From assembly GCA_045105515.1 (NCBI GenBank), contig JBGCDR010000134.1, forward strand, positions 1 through 32,309: a DNA stretch of 32,309 nt. Direction: 5' to 3'. Of the stretch, positions 18,164 to 27,322 are shown piece after piece. The position numbers and the translations under genes were made by a program. Numbering within the stretch: position 1 is the first letter of the stretch; every line of letters begins with the position of its first letter. The notes under the pieces are model-generated. The model was not told the origin of the DNA. It made no database searches and saw only the letters and a program-made list of their open reading frames with translations. Source of the stretch: Oligoflexales bacterium. GTDB taxonomy: Bacteria; Bdellovibrionota_B; Oligoflexia; Oligoflexales; Bog-1112.

Positions 18164-18444
18164 AAGAATCCTCGTAATCTTGGAACAGTGAGCTATAAAT
18201 AAACGTTCTAATGCGGACGCAATTAGCTTCAGCGTTAGATTTCGTCTTCGAAAAGTACCGCTAAATCTTGTTAATAGAGCGCTTTATTATGCTGAGTTCA
18301 GCCTCTAATTATCTCAGACAATGTCAATAACGCCATTTAAGCAGATGTCTTCTTCTTAAAATGCAAAGCATTGCTCATGGCCAAAAAATATAATTTATAT
18401 TAACGATTTATGTCAATCCCTCAAGCAAGATGCGCAGTAAAATG

Positions 18445-18469
18445 GGGGAAATTTATTGAAAATTTCCCC
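18445..18469 (-). terminator. Probable intrinsic terminator downstream of the HDOD gene
   Basis: Perfect 10-bp stem GGGGAAATTT-ATTGA-AAATTTCCCC, 35 nt after the stop; short T-run (CATTTT) on the minus strand. Confidence 0.6.
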
Positions 18470-18504
18470 TGCTTGGCTGGCCTAGATTGGGCTAAAAGAC
18501 AGAG

Positions 18505-19560
18505 CTACACAATCTCATCAACCACTGAGTCGACTTTTTCTTTACAGTGAGAGACACTTTCAACAATTGACTCAAGTGATTTGTCATTAATTTCAAGTTT
18601 ATTTTGAAAATACTTAAGCTTATTCACGTCGATTAAGTGAGGAGAAGAGTTTAGCCAATGAAAAATAAGATTTCCAAATTGAATTGACTCAAGCATGCTG
18701 AGAGTTTTGGGTGGGGAGACATCTTCCATGATGCTTTGAAAATATATGACAATATTTTTTACGAAGTTTGGAAGGCCCCAAATCACCGTTGCGATTTCAC
18801 CTAGATGACTCATTTTTGGAGCATTGGTTATATCGGTAGCTTTTTCCCAGGTTGTCATAGTACTGGGGTTTGATATTATGTTGTAAATTTCATCAATTTT
18901 TGATGGAAAACAAATTGCACCAACCAGCTTCCCCACTTGCGCAAAGCAGCCTGAAATATACACTTTGTCAAGGCTTGAGTCTTGATAGTTAAATCCAAAT
19001 TTCTTGTAGATTATTCGTGATATACTTCCAGACGCTAAGGCTTCCAACCAGAAATCCTGGATTTGGTAGAGTTTTGACTCTAATTGAATATTCACCAAAG
19101 ACGCAGATAGTACCAATTGTGAAAGCGTGTTGCGCCCGAGCAGAGATATTGCGTGCTTGAGGTCAATTACCTCCTCCCCCTGTGGGTTTAAATTGGAAGC
19201 CATATTGAGGGTTAGGATTGCTATTGAAGGAGACAACTCTAGCTCTTCCTTTATTTTGACATAGTCAATGTCTGGGTCCTCTATAGCTTCTTGGAGTGAC
19301 ATTATGCTGTGTTGGATCTTAGGAATTTTTTCTAGGAGATCATATTTTTTGTATATTTCTCTTGCTTCCCCGCTCATAAGTTTGTCTGCTGAGAACCATT
19401 CGAACTTTCCCTTTGGTATAAAAAGGGTAGAGTCACATGAACAATTGAACCAAAGATTTCCGTAGGTGCAGATACGAATCCGGTTGCCTTTGTTTAAAAT
19501 ATCATCAGCTGATTCAAAAGTATTGGCACATAAGGAGCAGCGTTTTATGTAATTTGTCAT
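18505..19560 (-). CDS. HDOD-domain protein with a Cys-rich N-terminal module
   Basis: IPKIQHSIMSLQEAIEDPD...LELSPSIAILTLNMASN...DLKHAISLLG, FWLEALASG, YISGCFAQVGKL, HLGEIATVIWGLP follow the HDOD pattern; SD GAGGTG. Confidence 0.85.
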   Translation of the reverse strand: MTNYIKRCSLCANTFESADDILNKGNRIRICTYGNLWFNCSCDSTLFIPKGKFEWFSADKLMSGEAREIYKKYDLLEKIPKIQHSIMSLQEAIEDPDIDYVKIKEELELSPSIAILTLNMASNLNPQGEEVIDLKHAISLLGRNTLSQLVLSASLVNIQLESKLYQIQDFWLEALASGSISRIIYKKFGFNYQDSSLDKVYISGCFAQVGKLVGAICFPSKIDEIYNIISNPSTMTTWEKATDITNAPKMSHLGEIATVIWGLPNFVKNIVIYFQSIMEDVSPPKTLSMLESIQFGNLIFHWLNSSPHLIDVNKLKYFQNKLEINDKSLESIVESVSHCKEKVDSVVDEIV

Positions 19561-19591
19561 TTGACACCTCTTTTCTTTATAAATAAATATA

Positions 19592-21184
19592 TCAATCGCT
19601 TAAGCTCCAAAAAGTTGAATGATATGACTCAGGAAAAGAAGAGTTTTGGAGCACTAGTCCATTAATTCTGCTAGATACCAGAGCTACTTTTGGGAAATAA
19701 AATAGTTTTAAAAAAACCATTTCCTGCTCTAGGTTTTCGGTAATCAATTGGTCCAGCACATTATGGGTACGACTATTACTTGAAAACGCTGGTTCAAATA
19801 ATTGATTCTTTAGGAAAGCTTTTGGGCTATTAGCTTTTTTGAGGTCAACCCATTCATTATAGTTAAAATTTCCAGCAAGTAACTCTCTTAGCTTGGTTCT
19901 TTCATGCTTCGGACCTGCTTGCAAAATAAATAAAGGAATAGTTGCCCGCTTATTGTTAGCTCTTAAGGATTTTGTTAAAAACCCTTTGCGATCTAGGACA
20001 ACGATTCTCACTTCAATACCAATTTGCTCCCAGCTTAGTCTAATATGTTCGGCTAGCTCTTGTAATTTTTTTGGAGACTTAGTTATAGTAAGGTTTAGCT
20101 TAAGTTTTTTGCCATTTTTATTTCTAAGAAATTTATTCTTTAAACTCCAACCGGCATCTTGCAGGAGTCGCAATAGTAGATCCGAATCGTGTGCACTACT
20201 AGAAGTACTGAGAGCATGTGCAATAGTAGTTGCTTCAGTGCTAAATTTAGGAAGCGACAGACTAAGAGCCTGTCTTACTTTTTGGTCGTTAAGGATTTCG
20301 AACTGAGTAGAAAGTATCATTTGAACTGACTTGTTGCTACTAGCACTGAACGCGCTAAAATTTTTGTTCAAGTTTTTATTTTTTTTAAGTATTTCAGCGA
20401 ATTTTGAGCTAAATCCTGGTGAAGGAATTAAGTCTATATTTTTTTTGACCAATTCATTTTCAACTATTCCTTGGTGGAAGTGAAGCAAGATCTCTATTCT
20501 TTCAATATTCGAAGAGTTGTTTTTGAAGTGTTTATTGCGGATTAAACTAATGGACTTTCCTAGGTGAAATCCGGACACATAATAAGGACCATTGTAGTTC
20601 CTTTGGTCCAAAGGATCAAAATTTTGGCGTTTTACTGATGAGTTAATATTATCTTTAGGTTTTGGGATAATGCGGAAGTTTACCAGTTGCCTAAGCAAAT
20701 TTGGCTCATTTATGGTAAAAACAATTCGCATTTCTTGAGGTTTTGCAGAGGTGATAAATATTTTTTCGATTTTACTATAAATATGACTGTTTGGCACCTT
20801 ATTGATCTCAGTTTTAGCTTCAGATAAGGTATAGACAATATCTTGAGTCGTTAGCTTGGATCCATCTGCCCAATAAACATCATCTCTAAGCTTCAAAGTA
20901 ACGGCTATTCGCTGATCTACTTTAGAATAAGGTTCTAACTTTTCTGGAGGAATTTCATTTAAGAGATCAGAAACGATTTCGCCTTGCCTGCTTATGTGCA
21001 TTAGCGGTCTTGAAGTGAAGCCTAGTAAATACTTGCTACCTGACAAGCGTGCAAAAAGTGGATTTAATTCTTCGAATTCTGTCATCATTGTGATTCGGAG
21101 AATGGTTTCATTATTTGCAGATGCAGCAGTGCTGAAGAAGATAAGTAGGTAAAATACCGATATAAGCCAGTACTTGCTGGGCAT
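19592..21184 (-). CDS. ABC transporter solute-binding protein, family 5 (peptide/nickel type)
   Basis: Signal peptide MPSKYWLISVFYLLIFFSTAASA; LNP, LKLRDDVYWADGSKLTTQDIVYT, NGPYYV, VRQALSL, LLQDAGW, WEQIGIEV. ATG at 21184 follows GAGGA; the ORF-track start at 21304 overlaps prs. Confidence 0.85.
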   Translation of the reverse strand: MPSKYWLISVFYLLIFFSTAASANNETILRITMMTEFEELNPLFARLSGSKYLLGFTSRPLMHISRQGEIVSDLLNEIPPEKLEPYSKVDQRIAVTLKLRDDVYWADGSKLTTQDIVYTLSEAKTEINKVPNSHIYSKIEKIFITSAKPQEMRIVFTINEPNLLRQLVNFRIIPKPKDNINSSVKRQNFDPLDQRNYNGPYYVSGFHLGKSISLIRNKHFKNNSSNIERIEILLHFHQGIVENELVKKNIDLIPSPGFSSKFAEILKKNKNLNKNFSAFSASSNKSVQMILSTQFEILNDQKVRQALSLSLPKFSTEATTIAHALSTSSSAHDSDLLLRLLQDAGWSLKNKFLRNKNGKKLKLNLTITKSPKKLQELAEHIRLSWEQIGIEVRIVVLDRKGFLTKSLRANNKRATIPLFILQAGPKHERTKLRELLAGNFNYNEWVDLKKANSPKAFLKNQLFEPAFSSNSRTHNVLDQLITENLEQEMVFLKLFYFPKVALVSSRINGLVLQNSSFPESYHSTFWSLSD

Positions 21185-21258
21185 TAAATCCTCATCATCA
21201 TACGATATATAACAGATACTATCTAAGTTTAGCATTTTGCAGTCATGCGAAATACCTT

Positions 21259-22188
21259 TTAAAACCCCTCTTGCCCATGCAGATATTCCACTATCATGGG
21301 ACATATGCTCCTAACCTCAATCAGCTTATCATTGATTTTTTCAGTTCCCGGAACTGTGTTGGTGGTCATAATTTTTTTAAACAAGGAAGAGTCACGTAGC
21401 CTTGAAATAGCATTCGAAGAAAAAATACCGTGGGTACATAATGCATAGATTGTTTTTGCTCCAGCATTTGAGTAGGCTTTCGCGGCCTCAATCAAGGAGT
21501 TTCCAGATCTAATCATGTCATCATAGATAACAACAGATTTGTCTTTTATCGGGCTCGCAGGTGCTACCACCTTGGTTTTTTCATCTCCTAGTCGTTTTTT
21601 AAGTAAGAATGCAGGTTCTACTCCTAATTTACTTGCCAGTGATTCGACCCATTTAGCTCGGCCCGCGTCAGTAGATGCAAGAACAAATTCACTACCTGCC
21701 CAAGACTTAGCAACTTCCGATATGACTTCACTTGCATAAATATGGACAGGTCTTAAGGTGCCTTCAAAGTAGTGGGGGATTCCTTCGCTATGGAGGTCTA
21801 TCATTACTATTTTATTGGAGAGAGAGGCTTGAGGTAGAGAAGAAAGCATACGGGCCCGAGTTTTTGCAGTGACTACATCGCCAAAACGAGTCGCTCTCTC
21901 CATAGTGCTATAAGAGTAATACGGTAGAACCAGAGTTAAACTACGAGCACCGTACTGGACTAGCCCTGAAGCCAGATCATAAAATTCTAGGAAATGGTTT
22001 CCGGGTAAAGTAGAGCCAATGACCACAACGTCTCTACCTGAAACATTTGAGTCAATCCGAAGGTAGTGTTCCCCGTCAGTAAATCTTCTGAACTCAATAA
22101 TGCCTTTTTCATACCCTCCTTTGAGGCAAATTTCGTCTTGCAGGTATTGATAGCAAGGTGAGGCAAATACGAGAAAGGGATGGTGCAT
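21259..22188 (-). CDS. prs: Ribose-phosphate pyrophosphokinase (divergent)
   Basis: FTDGE, ARSLTLVLPY, IDLH, STDAG, PRPP-binding loop VIYDDMIRSGNSL, CTHGIFS, TNT. ATG at 22188 lies 7 nt after AGGAG. Confidence 0.88.
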   Translation of the reverse strand: MHHPFLVFASPCYQYLQDEICLKGGYEKGIIEFRRFTDGEHYLRIDSNVSGRDVVVIGSTLPGNHFLEFYDLASGLVQYGARSLTLVLPYYSYSTMERATRFGDVVTAKTRARMLSSLPQASLSNKIVMIDLHSEGIPHYFEGTLRPVHIYASEVISEVAKSWAGSEFVLASTDAGRAKWVESLASKLGVEPAFLLKKRLGDEKTKVVAPASPIKDKSVVIYDDMIRSGNSLIEAAKAYSNAGAKTIYALCTHGIFSSNAISRLRDSSLFKKIMTTNTVPGTEKINDKLIEVRSICPMIVEYLHGQEGF

Positions 22189-22408
22189 GGTAGAACTCCT
22201 GTTTGTGGGCACCCCTCTTTGATGGAGAGGATTGCTAGTTCAATTGCAAAAAAATTAGCTCATAATATCAGGTATTTAGAAAATAGCCTGATTCATCTGC
22301 TTCCTCTATCAAAAAAAGGGTTTTCCCTATCTAAACAAATCTATATAAGAATTGAGTTTTTAACTAAATGTTTTGCTCTTTTATTGGAATCTTTTGGCCG
22401 GCAACAAT

Positions 22409-23170
22409 ATGGAAACTCTAACTCTAAAACAAAACAAGCTGAACTTGAGTGGCTCTTATGACAAATTGTTTGAATGGGGAAAATACCCAAAACCATTTGA
22501 ATTCAATGATGAAGTGGCTAAAGTATTTGATAATATGATTTCGCGTTCGGTGCCACTTTATGAAGAAGTTAACCATAGTTTAGCTGAATGGGCTTATTAT
22601 TACTGTCAAAGGGGAGGGAAGGTCTATGATATTGGATGTTCGACTGGTACAACTCTATTGGCGTTATCTCAACATATCAAAGAAAAAACTGAATTTGTAG
22701 GAATCGATACATCTAGCTCAATGTTGGACCAGGCCCGCGAAAAACTAGCTGAAATGCCAGGTCATCATGAGTTGCAGCTAATTTGCAGCAGCGCACTTGA
22801 TGTAGATTACAACGAAGCGACCATGGTGATAATGAATTATACCCTTCAATTTATCGAGGTAATTCATCGTCAACCTCTTCTTGAGAAGATTTGTGCTGGA
22901 CTTAAAAAGGGTGGCATTCTTTTTCTTAGTGAAAAGGTTAGGTCGAAAGTCCCTCAAATTCAGGAAATGCTTACCCGCTCTTACGAGAATTTCAAGTTTC
23001 ACCGAGGCTATTCTTTTAATGAGATTGAACGTAAGAAAGAAGCTCTGGATCAGGTTCTAATTCCGTTGTCAATGGAAGAGCAAATAGCGCTCATTGAAGG
23101 TGCCGGGTTCTATGCCTGTGAGCCAATAATGCGCTGGAATAACTTTGTAACCTACGTGGCAATAAAATGA
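22409..23170 (+). CDS. cmoA: Carboxy-S-adenosyl-L-methionine synthase
   Basis: FEFNDEVAKVFDNMISRSVPLY, YDIGCSTG, GIDTSSSM, NYTLQF, LSEK, FKFHRGYS, EIERKKEAL. ATG at 22409 preferred over the TTG at 22373. Confidence 0.95.
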   Translation: METLTLKQNKLNLSGSYDKLFEWGKYPKPFEFNDEVAKVFDNMISRSVPLYEEVNHSLAEWAYYYCQRGGKVYDIGCSTGTTLLALSQHIKEKTEFVGIDTSSSMLDQAREKLAEMPGHHELQLICSSALDVDYNEATMVIMNYTLQFIEVIHRQPLLEKICAGLKKGGILFLSEKVRSKVPQIQEMLTRSYENFKFHRGYSFNEIERKKEALDQVLIPLSMEEQIALIEGAGFYACEPIMRWNNFVTYVAIK

Positions 23171-24129
23171 AGCATGAATATGATTACCTAAATAGGTATG
23201 AAACTGGGCTAGAACGACAGGAGATATTAAAGCATAGAGACCTAGCGGACGCTTCCTTGCACGATCCTAAAATAGCACCTTTTCTTGCAGCAATCGAAGG
23301 TCTCCCTAAGTTTAAAAGTATCAGGTGCGAGCTTGCCCAAGATGTGTTGGAAATTGGGGACCCAAAAGAGCTACAAGCTAGTGAAAAACAAGCTTTCGAT
23401 CAAGCTCTAAAGGCCTTTGTTCCTTGGAAAAAAGGGCCATTCAATCTTTTTGGTACGGAAGTAGATTCGGAATGGAGGTCAGACATTAAATGGAATCGTT
23501 TGGATGGACATTACTCTTCCTTACAGGGTAGAAGAGTTGCAGATATAGGGTGTCATAACGGTTATTTTATGTTTCGCATGGCAGCTCAGAATCCCGAGGT
23601 AGTTATCGGATTCGAACCCTATGCTAAACATAGGCTTAATTTTCAATTGATTCAGCAATATGCACAGGTACCAAATTTATTTTTTGAGCTACTCGGTGTT
23701 GAGCATATACATTTTTACCCGAAGTTTTTTGATACCGTTTTTTGTTTGGGAATTCTTTACCACCATACTGATCCCGTGGGATTATTGCGAAAGATTTATG
23801 ACAGCTTAAGGCCTGGAGGAGAGCTAATTATTGATTGTCAGGGTATCCCTGGTAATGATTCCCATGCTCTTGTCCCCGCTGGCAGGTATGCCAAGGCAAG
23901 AGGTATCTGGTTTCTCCCCACACTCTCCTGCCTTATAAACTGGCTTAAGCGCGCAAGGTTCAGGGAAATAGAATGTTTTTATGGGCAGCCTCTTGGCATC
24001 GAGGAGCAGAGAAGTACTCAGTGGGCTCCCATTAATAGTTTGCGAGATTTTCTCGATCCTAAAGATTCAAGCAAGACTATAGAAGGCTACCCGGCACCTT
24101 GGCGATTTTACTTAAAAGTCGTGCGTTAG
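23167..24129 (+). CDS. cmoB: tRNA U34 carboxymethyltransferase
   Basis: PWKKGPF, VDSEWRSDIKW, DIGCHNGYFMFRM, FDTVFCLGILYH, EEQRSTQW, SLRDFLDP...TIEGYPAP; ATGA overlap with the cmoA stop. Confidence 0.96.
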   Translation: MKHEYDYLNRYETGLERQEILKHRDLADASLHDPKIAPFLAAIEGLPKFKSIRCELAQDVLEIGDPKELQASEKQAFDQALKAFVPWKKGPFNLFGTEVDSEWRSDIKWNRLDGHYSSLQGRRVADIGCHNGYFMFRMAAQNPEVVIGFEPYAKHRLNFQLIQQYAQVPNLFFELLGVEHIHFYPKFFDTVFCLGILYHHTDPVGLLRKIYDSLRPGGELIIDCQGIPGNDSHALVPAGRYAKARGIWFLPTLSCLINWLKRARFREIECFYGQPLGIEEQRSTQWAPINSLRDFLDPKDSSKTIEGYPAPWRFYLKVVR

Positions 24130-24280
24130 TCGTAAGCATCGCAAACTTATCCTTTTTAGGGTTCCTATTCTTCGTTTATAAAGCCAAAGAATATTAGTGT
24201 ATGCAGCAAATGAACTGCTTATATTGCTAACGCCAACCACTTGAAATTGTTTATTTAAATTTATTTTTTATTGGTTTTTC

Positions 24281-24307
24281 TAATTTACCTAATCAGCCCT
24301 CCGACAA
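24281..24307 (+). promoter_or_regulatory. Putative sigma28 promoter for the 782-aa gene
   Basis: TAAT(24281-24284)-N15-TCCGACAA(24300-24307), 27 nt before the ATG. Confidence 0.55.
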
Positions 24308-24334
24308 GTTTCATAGCTGAGTGGAGGTGCTTGT

Positions 24335-26683
24335 ATGAGTGGATTATCTGTGCCCAAAACCTTAAATACCAATCGGATCCCTGAGGTAAAGATTTTTAAT
24401 CCGAGTAGAAATTATTTTGCTAGTATAGCAAATAATTTTGCGGCTAATGGATTGGTGGTTCCGATTTTAGATCGTTTCCCATTTCAACCTTCGATGCCAG
24501 CATTTCACCCAGCTTTAGATTCTGATTATTTGATAAAAAAGTCTTACAAAGGTTCTTACTTTTTTTTGGCTCAATCTTATCGTGATGAGAAGGACTTTGT
24601 CCAGTTAGTTAAGGCTAGAGCCTTAAAGCGAGGATTAGCTGCACGAGAAAAGCTTCAAAACGAGCTTGAACACAGGTTGGAAGAGCAGCACTGGGATGAA
24701 GAATTTCTTAAATCTCGTGAAAAAACCCAGTTGCGTTTTGAAATCACTGCTCAGAGAGCTCGTGAACTGACTAAAGTATTTTTTGAGTTGCTTGCAATCG
24801 CATATTGGAAAACCCGTAATTTTGCTCAAGCTAGGGTAGAGGTTTATGACACACGTCGAGATGATACCCACGATAAATTTTGGGAAGAAGTTTATAAAAA
24901 TCTAGAAAAAACTCCCAAAGGAATTGCTCTTTCAGGTTCAAATAAGCAGCAGGTTCTAATGGCATTACCTTACGCCGAATCAAAATCTGGAATCCATCGA
25001 GCTCTAAGTAAAATTGAAGATAATCGGATGCTTATGGCTGCAGAAAACATTGTAGAAAGGTTGGCCGGCAATAGTGTGCCGGGATTGCTTATAGGGCATA
25101 TGAATAGACGCTTTCATCGGTCAAGTCATGAAAAAGAAATGCGTAAGGAGATCAAGGAAGAAGCTTACCAAGAATATTTGGAGCTGATTAAAGAAAATGC
25201 AAAAAAACGTGATGAACGTTATGTTGAATTGAAAATGGAACGTATAGAAAAAGTCGAAGAACGTATTGTCGAATACTGGAAGATTGTTGATAAGCTCAGA
25301 GAGAAAATATTTTTCTCGATTTCTTTTCAAGGTACCAATGAGCAAACATTGAAGAATTACCTTCGCTACCGCGAAGCATGCGGACTTTTTTATGGGATAA
25401 ATATCATCAAAGAAAATAGACACAAAGCTAGAGCAAGCAACTTGGTTGAACGTATTTCAGGGATTATGCCAGAGCTGCTACATTTTTCGAATATCAAATT
25501 TGTACGCAAAGATTGGGAAGAACAGCTTAGAGGTGAAAAGATGATCGCCCAGAGTAAAGTTCATGATTCTGTGCGCGAAGAATACCAGTATGTTCATAAA
25601 GAAATGGTAAATAAACGAGTTTCTGAGCAAATTGCATCGATCGAAGAGCGTGTCGAACTGTATCTAAAAGCTAGGGATAAGGCTCACGAAGTTCTTAATT
25701 TGTCATATTCGCCTTCAGGGTCTTCTTCCAACGAAGCTTTAGTAAAAAGTCGTAAGACATCATTTGTTCGGGCTTTAGATGCTTTAACTGGCATCGATCA
25801 GTTAAAAGGTTATGAGCCTGTCGACCCTTTCAATAGCAAAACTAGAAAATCTAATATTAGCTACCAGCAAGGATGGATCGATTTCTATTATGAACCAAAA
25901 GAACCTTTGCTTAATCCAAGAGAGCCCTTAAGACGAGAGTTTCTTGAGCATCATCCCAATAATATGCCCAAGGAATTTAACTTTGATTATAGATGGAATC
26001 ATCAATTTACTTTTGGGTCATTCTGGCAATTATCTCCATTGGCTATGGTGAATCAGCCTCCTCAGAACGCCCGAGATTTTTCTCCTTCTTATCCTCCAGA
26101 GTTTGGTCAAGGTGTTTACGAAGTCAAATTCGGTTATGAACCTAAGTTGCACAGACCTTCCCCTCTGCCTCGCAAAGGACTTGATGAACTGCCTAGGTCT
26201 TCAGATTCATGGCAATTTCAAAATGGATTTTCCGGGAAATTTGAGGATAAAACAATTAACAAGACTGGTTTTGTGTTAAATCGCAATCGCAGTGATGCTC
26301 AGGATACTGAACTGGCTTTGGCGGTAGAAACAAACACCAAACCGAATGTAACTGCGCAAGCTGATAAATTTTCTGAAGAAAAGAAGGTGTTACTGCAGAA
26401 TGCAAAAACTGACGTATACTTTAAAGAGCAGCAAACATTTCCCATTAAGTTTAAGGCTGTTTCCGAGAATATTCTCGCAGCCCATGAACCACAGAAGCAG
26501 TACCTGGTACATTACTTGGCAATTACAGATCGCCATTCCGCATATGAGTCAGCATTTAAATCAAAGCCCCAAACCCTTGCTAGAATTGATCGCCTGGCTC
26601 CGCTTGGAGGAGAAGGTGCTGAATGGGAGTTGAACCGGCCTAAGCCTATGCATTTTAAAAACAAATTTCCTAGAGATAAGTAG
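24335..26683 (+). CDS. Large hypothetical protein (782 aa): charged helical region with ~130-aa repeats, then a Pro/aromatic-rich region
   Basis: Long ORF with SD GGAGG; no recognisable family motif, signal peptide or TM segment. Confidence 0.85.
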   Translation: MSGLSVPKTLNTNRIPEVKIFNPSRNYFASIANNFAANGLVVPILDRFPFQPSMPAFHPALDSDYLIKKSYKGSYFFLAQSYRDEKDFVQLVKARALKRGLAAREKLQNELEHRLEEQHWDEEFLKSREKTQLRFEITAQRARELTKVFFELLAIAYWKTRNFAQARVEVYDTRRDDTHDKFWEEVYKNLEKTPKGIALSGSNKQQVLMALPYAESKSGIHRALSKIEDNRMLMAAENIVERLAGNSVPGLLIGHMNRRFHRSSHEKEMRKEIKEEAYQEYLELIKENAKKRDERYVELKMERIEKVEERIVEYWKIVDKLREKIFFSISFQGTNEQTLKNYLRYREACGLFYGINIIKENRHKARASNLVERISGIMPELLHFSNIKFVRKDWEEQLRGEKMIAQSKVHDSVREEYQYVHKEMVNKRVSEQIASIEERVELYLKARDKAHEVLNLSYSPSGSSSNEALVKSRKTSFVRALDALTGIDQLKGYEPVDPFNSKTRKSNISYQQGWIDFYYEPKEPLLNPREPLRREFLEHHPNNMPKEFNFDYRWNHQFTFGSFWQLSPLAMVNQPPQNARDFSPSYPPEFGQGVYEVKFGYEPKLHRPSPLPRKGLDELPRSSDSWQFQNGFSGKFEDKTINKTGFVLNRNRSDAQDTELALAVETNTKPNVTAQADKFSEEKKVLLQNAKTDVYFKEQQTFPIKFKAVSENILAAHEPQKQYLVHYLAITDRHSAYESAFKSKPQTLARIDRLAPLGGEGAEWELNRPKPMHFKNKFPRDK

Positions 26684-26866
26684 AGTTTGTGTTTCCCATC
26701 ATCCATTTGGACCAATGTATGACAGCATTGACATGATTTTTTAAGTTTGGATCTTGGTAATTAGAAAAAATGGATTCTGAATTTATGTCTGGTTTCATAT
26801 TCATGGTTTTGGAACTAAAATTATTTGTTTTTTAGATTACTAATTAAACCAAAGAAGGAAATCGAC

Positions 26867-27322
26867 ATGAGGTATTTAGTTTCAGCATTATTTTCAATTG
26901 TTCTTCTAATGCAAAGTAGTGGTGGCTATGCTAATTTGGATACAAAACTTAAGGCTTCGTGTAAGAAGTGGAAATCTGAAGCTGAATCTTTGGAAAGTGG
27001 TATTACAGCCATCGACAATGATGAGTTTAGTTTAAATGCAGGAATTCCTGGTCTTATGTTCTATGGTATGGTGATTAGTCCATTCTTGCTAGGTTCTGAC
27101 TTTCTATTTGGTCGAGAGTTTAGAGAGGATGCCTATGAAAACCATAAAGATGCAGTGGACTTTTTTATGATAGCAACAATATCGCTTGTGATATTTCCTT
27201 ATACATTGGCATTAAATACAAAAACTTTAGTAAATAAAGTCGCTGTAAAAAAATTCCTGCAGATAAAACTTACAAATCTTCGTGAGAAAATAACACGGGA
27301 TTGTTTTGATTTTACAGAATAG
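26867..27322 (+). CDS. Hypothetical exported/membrane protein
   Basis: ATG at 26867 follows AAGGA; signal-like MRYLVSALFSIVLLMQSSGGYA and two further hydrophobic segments. 3' end overlaps the convergent gene by 11 nt. Confidence 0.7.
   Translation: MRYLVSALFSIVLLMQSSGGYANLDTKLKASCKKWKSEAESLESGITAIDNDEFSLNAGIPGLMFYGMVISPFLLGSDFLFGREFREDAYENHKDAVDFFMIATISLVIFPYTLALNTKTLVNKVAVKKFLQIKLTNLREKITRDCFDFTE

Noticed and set aside
18205..18240. GGACGCAA resembling part of a c-di-GMP-I riboswitch
   Set aside because: The upstream GGCAAA and GNRA tetraloop stem are missing, and the motif is antisense to the adjacent gene.
21137..21163. ACCGATAT sigma28-like -10 on the plus strand inside the SBP gene (also ACCGACTT at 9645-9652)
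   Set aside because: Poor -35 at the required spacing and no sense gene downstream; probably chance matches.
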